Origin: Bigelowiella natans CCMP2755
Lineage: Eukaryota > Protista > Cercozoa
Length of the DNA: 64,000 nt
Assembly: GCA_000320545.1 (NCBI GenBank)
Contig: ADNK01000096.1
Coordinates: 62,001 to 126,000, forward strand
Reading direction: 5' to 3'
The position numbers and the translations under genes were made by a program. Shown piece by piece: positions 27,996-38,903 of the stretch; within the stretch, counting starts at the first letter, position 1; each line of letters begins with the position of its first letter. The notes beneath the pieces are model-generated. The model had not been told where the DNA came from. It made no database searches and saw only the letters and a program-made list of their open reading frames with translations.

Positions 27996-28621
27996 GTTCA
28001 AACACGCAAGCGATTATCACGACAGCGTAAGCATATTTGATTGTCTTTTTGAAGATAAAGAGAGGATTAGAGAATAAGAGGTTCCCCCTCTTCTCTAATT
28101 AAAGAAGACACCTTTCTTATAGAATTCGAAGGACGTCAGCAGGCTCCTCTCTACTCCCTACAAGATGGGGGGGGGGGGGAATTGAAATGATTCGAATAGA
28201 ATTTAAGACAGAAATTGTGTGAACCCACTCTCCTCAAACAAAGCCGATAAGGCGAAGAGTAATGTAGCTCACCTTTCCAGACTCGTAGAGGAAACCGAGG
28301 ACTGCACATGAATCGGCATGATCAGACAAGGCCGCACGGTTGTACCACTTGGCTGCTTCCTGAGAAATACGAAATGGAGGTGGATGAAAATGATAATAAT
28401 AATAATAATACTTTTCGCATGGAGGTGTGTTGGCGCATGCGCGTGTTCGGGGATGAGTTTGCTCTCTTCATGATTTCTCTTTCCCCTCTCCTCAAACTTC
28501 AGACTCACCTCATAGTCGACCTCCGTGCCCCGCCCGAAGTGATAACATGTAGCCAGGTAGTATTGAGCTCGTACTTCTCCCATATCCGCGGCATCTTGAT
28601 ACTAGCAACAAATATGGCGTG

Positions 28622-28664
<43 letters not shown>

Positions 28665-30041
28665 ATCTTCACAAACGCAAATGTGTTTGCCATTTCTGTG
28701 TTGTTACCTGACTCGGGGACATGCCCTGAATGTGGCGCGCCTGGCGCTGTTGCTCCTTGTTCTCCAGCGTCTGTGGATTTTGTTCAAGTGAGGGCACAAT
28801 ACTTTGCAATAAAGCTCCTGTTATATGTGATGCATCTACGAACAATTGTACGAGCGTGCAAAACCATGCAACAGAGCAGTAATAGTGTTTTGAAACTCCT
28901 GAAGTGTTCTGTCCGGTAATTACTTCCAATATCTGCTTCTCCATCCGCCCTATTGCAGCCGAGACTGCCTTATCTATAGCTGGGACTAAATTTTCTCCCG
29001 GGGGGTTTTCTTTCATCTTTTCTAGCATGAAACCTAAGAAAATGATTCAGGTGAGAATCATTTTCCTGATCCTAATTGCTTCTCTACATCTCCATTGGGC
29101 TACGAGGATTCAATAGGCCTGATTCCGAAATATTTTGCAATTTGCGGTAAATTTTATAGCTCGTGACTCACTAACACCCACCTTTCCAAGATTTGTATAA
29201 GACAATTCCGTTTTCGTCGGGCTCGAGCTCAACGAATCTGGGAAAACAGAAGGGTTTTTATTTTGCGACTGCCAATGATTTCTCCTCTTATCATGAATTT
29301 CACTTTATTTACTGTGCAATTTTGTATAAAATTTGTTGTAAGTAGTAGTGATGGATTTAGGTTTCTTACGCTTCGTATGTGAGGTTAGGGAGCTTTGCTT
29401 CCTAACAAAGGCATGTAACATCGCGTGAGTAAGATACACGGAAAGGGTTTGGCAATCCACATACCTCAATGAAGCTTCTTATGTCCGAAAATGTTGTCTT
29501 TCCCCTGAAGGACCTCTTTAATTTGTGGCCTAATTCGATTTCAAATGATGAATAGTGAGCTATCGTTCGACATGTAGTGTGTGTAGCGTATGGCAACTAG
29601 TGCAAACGTGTAGGGCGCTCACCATCGAAGGTCTTGAACAATCTTTCGCAAATCTGGAGGATTGTGTATCTTTAGAGGGGAAAGCAGTGAATTTTAAATA
29701 CATGAAGCCTACCTCTACGACTTTCTGTGATGGGGTTGAAGGCGCGGGACCACGCCGACGCCGTCTTGTCTGTATTGCAACAAGAAGGCTTTAGTGCCAA
29801 ACGAATCAATCCTTTGGGGCAAATAGAAAACAAGGAAAGAACGAAGAGAGTATGGCATTGCCTTCTTTTTGGGCTCCTCTTCGGCAGTTTCCTTGGCTTC
29901 ACCATTCTCCTCCGGCGAAACGGACTCAGCCTTGATCTCGCCTAGGTACTCATCCCAGGGCCAGAACGGAAGGGTATACTCAGTTTGGGGTGGAGGAGGG
30001 GGAGCAGGGGGGGCAACCGATTTCCCCTTTTTGCTGGGCAT
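27320..30041 (-). CDS. Sel1-like repeat protein; multi-exon
   Basis: AADMGEVRAQYYLATCYHFGRGTEVDYE, AAKWYNRAALSDHADSCAVLGFLYESGK, GAELGNSRAARSLSICYEYGRGTEK and LAEKWYKKAAD are SEL1 repeats. Linkage of the N-terminal exon MPSKKGK is inferred. Confidence 0.8.
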
Positions 30042-30379
30042 TTCGTCGGCGCCTTCCCGGCGTTTGCAGTCGTCGGTGCGGCCCGCTTGGGTAGTGGTGG
30101 TTTCGGTTACTGAAAGGCTTCAGGGGCCATGAATGAGCAGGTCGCTGCTGCGACAGAGAGAACAGCCTATTTCCACCAGAAAATCGAATTCTTAATTGTC
30201 GCTAAAGATAATCCTCATTTATTGGGAATTAGGCCGTTGTTAGGCTCGTGCGACACGACAAATATCGTGTCGAGATGAGTAAAATGCATGGCCTTTTTTT
30301 TTATTTTGTGGGGAGCCTATCTGAAGACGTTGCCCCGGCCTTCCACAACCGAAGAGAATAATCGTACGAGCTGTAGGAG

Positions 30380-31743
30380 ATGCGAGACATCGTGGTACTC
30401 CTTGGCCCACCCGGTGCCGGGAAAGGTGTGATGATCCTCCTGGCCCTCGTTCGCCACACTCACTGCGCTGCACCTCTGCAAAAAAGGCGAATGTGAAAAC
30501 TGTAGGTGCATGTGAGAACTGTGTGTATTCGAATAGGCACCGTTGCTCCCATTATCAAGAACAAGTTAGGAGTCCCGCATCTCTCCACCGTAAGCACTCA
30601 TCGTTCATACATTTCACAGTTCTGTACATCGTATGTGATCATTAGCTTTCATTCTAGGGCCAAATGCTTCGAGCCGCTGTGAAAGGCGGTAGCAAGATTG
30701 GCGGAGAGGTACTACGAAATATATGAATATTAGGAGTTAATTCTATTGCTACTACGGACTAGTTCAGAATGTTCTGGGGATCGTGACATTAATGCTAGTG
30801 ACGTGTTCAGTTGAAGGAGATAATGGCCTCTGGGAAGCTTGTTCCTAATAGTGTCGTTCTGAAGGTTGTTCAAGAGCGAATATGCCAAAAGGGTAAGCAT
30901 AGATATAATCGGAGGGAGGGGGAAGAAAATGGGAAGGACCTTGGGAGAAGATTGATAGAGGGGCTATTTCGATGTTTTCTTTCTACAGTTTTTTAGCATT
31001 GCATTTGTGTGTCTGCACAGACTGCGATCGGGGATTCATTCTGGACGGTTTTCCTAGAAGCTTGGTACTAAACCATATCCAATATCTAGGCTTTAGTTTT
31101 CGTCAAATTTTCGTCATATTATCACATTGAACTTATTTTCTATTGTCCTCTATTTGTCCTCCTCCTTCTGCTCCCAACCCCTCTCCCCCCTCTCCTGATG
31201 CATCCTCTCTCCCATCCTTTCACTTTAGGAACAAGCGAAGATGTTGAATGACATTCTTTCTCAGACCAACGAAAGCGTCACGCTTGTTGTGGAGATCCAG
31301 GTACGTTTGGTAGGCAAATATCGTCGGAGGAAGCGACAATAAGAGCACCATCATTTACTAACCTTGGTTGATCGCCGATGTCGCTGTTTTCAGGTTCCGG
31401 ATGAAGTGTTGGAGATGAGGATTTGTGGACGGTATAAATTCTGAAGGATTAGGATACTATTTGTTCTCGTTGGTGGCTAGCAAAAATGGGCTAGGGGAAC
31501 AAAGCAGGGCAAGAAGAATGAATAGATTCTCTAGTTTGAGAGAAATTTAACAGCAGGGGGAATGGTTAAGAGGAGAACTGCATCGTTGCATCCCCGGAAT
31601 ACATTTGTTGCCCCCTCCCTCACAGTGTTGTTGTTGACAGATGGATGCACAAGGGATCCGGGCGTTCCTACCACGTCAAATTTTCTCCTCCGAAGTCGAT
31701 GAAGGTAGAAGAAGAGGAGGGGTGCATCCACCGCAGCCTTTCG

Positions 31744-31787
<44 letters not shown>

Positions 31788-32456
31788 GAATCGGTTGTGT
31801 TGGAACTTTTATCATTCCCAGTTTCTATCGAATGGCAAGGTGGATCCCGCGACAATGACAGACGATACCACGGTTTGAGGAGTCAGGGGGGGGTGGGCAA
31901 GATATGTCTCTGTTTTCAATACATTTCTGCCTTAGATACCTAGACTTAAGACTGTGATAGTTGATCAATCCTGCCCTCCTTCCCTCCCCCTCACGTCTTG
32001 TCTCTGGTAAACCCAAAAAAGGGAGAGGCCCTGTATCAGAGGAAGGATGATACGCCTACGGCTCTAAAGCAGCGACTGAAGCTCTATCATGAGAACAATA
32101 ACGCCCTTTGCAAGTATTATCGTAAGGTATTGTAGCTGTTCCAAACTTCCTCCAACTTTTATTAGTACTATTTATTCGTCCCACTGTTATCATCTCCTGC
32201 ACTTGCTTACCACCATGAAAATCACTACCACGAGCTGATGAAGTGCTCTAACGTAAAAGTAAGTAGTGGCACGTTTAGAGTAAACCACACACCTCTTTCT
32301 TTCCTAAAGGTTCTGAAACCAGCGAATGGGAATCAACTGATCCCCAAAGTCCAAGCGACTGTAGCGCGCATGATGGATGACCATATGACCTCCACCTTTG
32401 TTGAGAGAAACCCCTACAACCTCGTCGATAATGAAAACATAAAATCAAAGCTCTGA
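30380..32456 (+). CDS. adk: Adenylate kinase (long, LID-containing type) ending in SKL; multi-exon
   Basis: IVVLLGPPGAGK|G P-loop, PHLST|GQMLRAAV, GFILDGFPR, RICGR|WMHKGSGRSYH, GEALYQRKDD. C-terminus ENIKSKL*. Confidence 0.93.
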
Positions 32457-33645
32457 TAGTCAAGAACAACACGTAGGAGAAGAAATGATGACATCCATAT
32501 TTTACACTGTACTTAGTGTAACAGCGATTTGATCGCGTTCATGGGTTGTGTTTGCTGATGCACATCATCGTAATGTTCATTGCTCTAAAGACTAACCATT
32601 ATCACGATGTGAAACAACCACCGGGAGAACTCAGTTGACTACACTCTAGCACTACTTGATGTACTGAACACAACAACGCACGTACGATGTAAATTGTGCG
32701 CATGGTACATGCCATGTCTACTGTTTGCGGTATAATAGACATATTTTTCTCATCGGTGACAAAATGTATGGCAACTGCATGCTACAGGCTGCTTGCTATG
32801 ATGTATGTGTCGCAAGGCCCTTGCTGAGACGTAGAGCCATGCAATGGATGGCACGATCATGATGCGTGCCTTCGACTCACTTGTCATTCGTGCATGCTGA
32901 ACACATTCTACTCGTAGACGTTGTTGCCACATGCTAGAACATGAGCCACGCTGCAGTGCTTGCTGCATGCATGCAGCTAGCTAGATCATGCGACATCATG
33001 ATCATGCACATCTAGAAACGTGCGATGTTGTCTGCTCCTTCACCAGTGTTCCGAAGAGACAACTGTTTTAGACAATGGAGCCCCTCTCTGTTTCTCTCAT
33101 GCATGAAATTCTTCGCTTCCTGAATTGAACCTCAGCATCAAGCACTCATTTGCGTTTGCAGAAGTCCAAAGCTCACAACTCTTGCAAGAATTGCTGCCAT
33201 TGCACGCACATATTTTACCAAACTAGGACATAACTCAGGATCCATCAAGTTATACAAATTTCTCCCTGCATCTTTGGAATGCTTCCTGGTTCATGGTGAC
33301 CATGCTGCCCCTCGTTCGATCATCGTCATTGCAGGAGCACGCAGGCTAGCAGGACCAGGAGATTCCAAGGCCACTTCATTCATGAGAGCGCAAAAGTGAG
33401 CTCCTCCAGCTAGTTATCGGTGCCATTCTCTTCTAGGGAACAAGAAAGGGGAGAAGAAGATAGAGGAGTAGGAGAAGGTGAGGAGAAGAAGAGAACTATT
33501 CTGCAAGCACCGCTAGAAGACTTCATCGCTCGTACTGATCGCAGTGCGCATTTTTGGATGATTTCCCTAAATATGGAAGTCGCAGTCAACAAAATCGTTG
33601 TCATTTTACCCAAAAAAACAGCAAAACATCCAGCTCGATGCCGCC

Positions 33646-35120
33646 ATGCCCCTGTGTAAGCGCCGCGCGCCCGTCTCCTTCTTTGCCTCGTCGAAGGCAG
33701 TCCTTATCGGCCCCGTCAGCCAGAGAGCGTTTATGGGCTTGTTCATAACGATGGCTATGATGATTCTTGCCCCCCCTCAAGGGCGCTTCTCTTCACCGGT
33801 TCGATTGAATCTAACAGAAACCTTGCCAACACTGCGTTTTCTTGTTCCCCAGATGATTGTTGTGACTTTGGGGATGGGGCGGGGCGGATAAAAATTAGCA
33901 GATTTCTGACCGGTCGAGAATCGATCGGAGTGGGCACAGCAGCAGAGATGTAAATTATAGGAGACGAGCAAGAGGTGGAGACAACGTTCAGGAGCATTAC
34001 GACGCCCATGCTCGGAAAACCATGCGGCTTGACAGCGGCGCACAAATCAAGAAGAGACGCCAAGGTCATCATACCCCCTGTTTCATATTGTCCTTTTGCA
34101 TACAAACACATTCACATCCCCCTGATCTTTCGGGTTCCGTGTGTATATCAGGTGTGGCGTACCCCTTGAAAAAGTTCCACAATCTAGTCAAGAGGCTGAT
34201 GTTAGCGGAAGTGTCAAACATATACCGGAGGGATGAAGAGAAAGAGAGCAAAAGGAAGAAGCAAAAGAAGCAGGGGGACTGCAACCACAATGGTACTAAG
34301 ATCGGCACAAGTAGACAATGCCGCAACGAATTCCAAAACCAACGAAGCACAAAACTCAATCTCCTCTCCCTTCCCTCCACCCCCCCCCAACAACAGGAGG
34401 AAAGCTGTCGTTGCTCGACGTAGGTTGCGGACGCGCGTGCGACCTGGCAAAATGGCGCGATGCCGGTCTGGACTACGTGTTCGGAATCGATAAATCCAAG
34501 GACATAATCCGAGAGGCCGTCCGGAGGAGCGAGGAAGCACGCACTCCTCACCAGGTCGGATGGCATCAGGGAAGGAGGCGATGGGAAATAAGGGGGAAAG
34601 CAGGACTAACGGGGGCGATGAGCTTTGAGAAAAGCACAGGAGGTTGCCACCCTCTCCAGACGGCTTTCGCTCAGTACCCTCACTTTGGAACAGAGAAGTT
34701 TGACCGTGCCAAGATCGAGCAACTGCTGCTTCGCCAAAGCAGCGGTGGATCCAAGCTTCTTCCCTCATTCATGACAACACAAGGCGTGGGAGGAGGAAGA
34801 GAAGAAGAAGGCTTATTCTCCTTGGCCTCGAGCATGTTCGCGTTCCAGTTCTTCTTCGAGAGCAACACGACTGCGACAACGGCACTGCGTAACATCGCCC
34901 AAAGTAATAGCAGTAGTAGTAGTAGTAGTAGCAGTAGTAGTCGTAGTAGTAGTCGTAGTGATAGTGTTATAGTAGTAGCAGGTGTGATCGTAGTAGCATT
35001 CGTAGTAAAAGGAGGTAGGTAAGTTCTTTTTCTTCCGTCGCAATGAGCCAAGGATTCGTTGTCTCAGCCAAAGTGATAAGGGCATCATTTAAAGCCTTCC
35101 AGATAATTTGCCCTCCTGAC

Positions 35121-35173
<53 letters not shown>

Positions 35174-35542
35174 CCCCCTCCCCCTCTCCCCTTGGCCTCA
35201 TTGTATGTCTTCTTGCGATGCAGATTTAAGGCCGGGCGGATATGCGATCTTCGTTTTTCCGGATGGCAAGCGAGTGGAAGAGCTCTTTAAAACAGCATCA
35301 GCAGCAGAAAACGATAACACTGAGGATGATGGATCCTCCTCCTATCGCCACAAGACGTTGTTGAAGGGGGCGACAACGGTGGTGATACCAGAACAAATCA
35401 AGAGCAACATTACCCGTAGAAGAAACAGCAGCAATTCTAGTGATGACGCCAGAAACGCCAGAGGACGCGGAATCGATGGCGTAGACGTAATAGTGTGTTT
35501 GTGTGTGTGTACTTCACTAAGGTTGAATATCATAGAAAGAGC

Positions 35543-35584
<42 letters not shown>

Positions 35585-36572
35585 CTCACAAATATGACTC
35601 CACAATCCGAGATACAACATATGCGCACATATAATATTTGCTTGCGTCCGTGTTTTTTGCGTTTGCATTTTTGTTGAAATGCAGGTTTTTGCAAACGATT
35701 TCATGCGCGTGCGGAGGAGGTGGAAGGGGGTACCCGCGCCAGAATTTGGGTTTGTCGTCAAATTGTGCTCGAATTAACGTGAAAGCAACATGAACTGAAA
35801 TAAGCATACACAGAAACACATATGCAAGCATAGATCGATACTCTCCTGCTTTCCCATTCAGTGCCGGTTATATCTTCGAGCTGAAAGATACTGTGACAGA
35901 AGGCATCATTCCCTGCGAAAGGGGCAACAGCAGCAGCAGCAGTAGCAGTAGCACAGGAGCGACAGAATATCTTATCGACCGCGACTCACTCATGTAAAGA
36001 AGAAGAAGAAGATATGCCATACTGAAAATAATTGGTTGAGATTCCATTAATGATTCACACCCAGGAGCTCAAGCTCCCCCCCCCCCCCCCTCTCTCTTCC
36101 TCGCATGCTCTCACCACATACTCGCGCAGGCACACACACACACACACACACATACACACACGGGAGTGCGGGAGGGGGACGGAAGGCGAGGAGGGAAACA
36201 CACATTCGCTTACAGGAAAGGGGAGAAGGCTTTGAATCTTTATGACTAAATGTTGTTATTAGCGCTAGAGCAAAATGCGTTGGACTTCACCTGGTGAGGG
36301 ACTGGGGGGCAAACAATAGCCCGGTACTTTGCCAATGAAAATTCGTATTTACATAATTAAAAATAGAAAGGTTCCCCAAATGAGACAACGGCGATAGGAC
36401 TGACCTGTGCATATTGCTTCTTCCGACCATTAAAAAGGTTGCTGATCTCTTTGAGGTGGGCGATGCCACGAAGGGAGTGAGACATTTGAAGCCGCCGTAC
36501 CTAGAATCGCATCCCAGCTTGGCTGCGGCGACAAGGCTGTACGCTGTTGCTGTTTTTATGAAAAATAGATAG
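33646..36572 (+). CDS. mRNA cap guanine-N7 methyltransferase (RNMT/Abd1 family) with N-terminal hydrophobic leader; multi-exon
   Basis: VQEHYD...YPLKKFHNLVKRLML, LLDVGCGRACDLAKW...VFGID, SSMFAFQFFFES, LRPGGYAIFVFPDG, YIFELKDTV, EYLID, RLYAVAVFMK match cap MTase motifs in order. Confidence 0.88.
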
Positions 36573-37037
36573 TAGTAAGTTTATACAAATGCGCATATGT
36601 GATGTTATCTAAAGAGGTCATCCAGTCACATTAAAATACAAGACTTCACATATATGCGTACGCCGCAGTCGTTAGCTGACAAATGTTCGATCATGACAGC
36701 ACACAAACAACGCAATCAGATCGTTGTACATAGCTAGCCATCATCACATGCAAAACAGCGCTGCTGCTTCTGCTGTTGCACACAATGATATGTTTATAGC
36801 TACATGTAACATGCGCACGCAGCATAGCATTCGACGATACGATGGTTTGCACGCGAACAGCTGCTTGCGTCATACGTACTCAGCACGAACAATTGAATGC
36901 ACAGCTTACACTATTGCGAAGGTCATCACGTGTCTTCTCTATACTTCCCGCGATAGCTGTTACGATTATAAATCACGTGAACATAGCTGAAACATTTCTT
37001 TTTTCGTGCTGACACATCAGACGACGGATGGACACGT

Positions 37038-38025
37038 TCAAATTGCTTCTTCCCAGCCGTTCAGCGGCTGCGCCATCGTGTAGCAGTAGTCTTTTGGACA
37101 CAGGATTCCAGTTCCATTAGATCCGGGCACAGGCTCAGGGACGAGTGTGCAAGGCCATGCTTCGGTGACTCCATTTGTCAGGGCTATTGGCGTTTTCCCA
37201 TCCTTTCCAAATACAACGTGCGGGCGTTCCCTTCTAGAGAGGTTAAGTGGCTTCTCATGAACTTGTTCGACGATGTTCTCGTAAACCTTGATATTGTTGT
37301 TTCCATACCATGTATATCCGTCTTCTGTGTAGTAGTGATAACCAAAAGGGGATTCCCAGCCACCACCATGGAGCACGGCATGCACAATGCCATTCTTATC
37401 CAGCCATATCATTGGGTCCTCCCCTCGCATCTGCTGGTCAGGGACAATGTTGGAGACATCTGGGAGATACACAGCGTAGTTTGCCACGTCCCTCCAGTTG
37501 GAGTGGTTCATCATACCGATAGCGGGGCGTGCGAGGCAGAGTATCGAGTCATCTTCTTTGATTATGCATGCCAGGTTTGAATCCGACGATGATGGATTCG
37601 GAACAAGTTGAGGCTCAGACCATGGGCCGTCAGGGCCTTTAGAGTAGCTCATTCGGGTAAGTAATGGTTCGGGGGGGTCTAGAGTACACTGCTGGTCGTT
37701 TGGGCAGGAGGGATCGCTTGTGCCATTGGCGCCGAAACATGAGTTTCCTGTGCAGGGAATGCTTTTTTGTCCGTAGTTTGTAGTGTAGAACATTACGTAT
37801 TCCCCTGTGGGTGCGCGGGACACTGTTGGCTCGTGCGCAAATACGGACCAAACGACTTCTCGACGCTTGAATTCCATTGGCCTCTTCGGGTCACTTGCTA
37901 CGGCATGAACAATCTGTAAATCGCCAAAAATATCATATCGTCTGAAAACTGGCTGCCCATTCGCAGCAAAAAAAGCTGGCGAATCCAAAATTAAGTTCCT
38001 AGGATCATCAAATATGACATATATT

Positions 38026-38074
<49 letters not shown>

Positions 38075-38465
38075 CACATAGAAAACAGCCGAAAACAAAA
38101 TACTACTTGAATACACGCACCTGGGAATTGGTTATCCAAGCCTTAATTCCTGTTCCGTTGACCATCTCCGCCGCCCACATATGGTATGTGCCATCGTCGG
38201 CTCTAATGACACTACCACCCCAAGAGCTAAGCTGATCTCCTTCGATTACTGTGCGTAGGCCGCTCCCCATTCCTTTGGAGTTGAGCGGCTCGAAGTTAAA
38301 TTCGTTGCACGTTTCCCCTTTAAATGCGGGGTCACAAGCACATTTAGTGTCGACACAGCGGCCATTGTAAACACAGTCGCGATCGTGGTCGCAGGCAGAA
38401 GGGAGCGCGGGAAAGGTTAAGAAGAGTAGGGTTCCCAAAAGCATGGCGTTCGCCTGAGTGATCAT
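37038..38465 (-). CDS. Secreted EGF-like + GH43-like five-bladed beta-propeller glycoside hydrolase; 2 exons
   Basis: Signal peptide MLLGTLLFLTFPALPS; CDHDRDCVYNGRC...CACDPAFKGETC EGF-like; SSWGGSV...YHMWAAEM, FAHEP, GEDP, RRERP motifs. Intron about 37916-38120. Confidence 0.75.
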
Positions 38466-38903
38466 GCTAAAGTTGTATTTGGGGGGCTGCAATAACAATA
38501 GGCCGATAGATCTTGACTCGATATGTAGACTACACTCGTACACTTCTAAATTGCCTTTCACAGGCTGGATCTAGATCTAGCATGTCCCAACATGTACGAT
38601 CGTACATGTAACCGCAAAAAGTAACCGCCCACTCTTCTTACGAGTTACCTTTCAGACTTAGCGACGCATCGCCAAAAGTCGGAACGGGAAAACGGCCTGC
38701 CGTTCATCCCGAGCTTCTCGGGCAATGGCGCCTTTTGTCGGAAGAGTGTACCGCAATAATAGCCTGAGTATTTGTATACGCGACAGCATTTCGAACTTGT
38801 CGCATTAGAGGTACGTCGGAGCGTGCACATACTTGTGAGTTTGCGTGTGCACATACCTGTGAGTTTGCGCTCTGCACGGCGCTGGGAGTTCAAGCGAGCT
38901 CGA

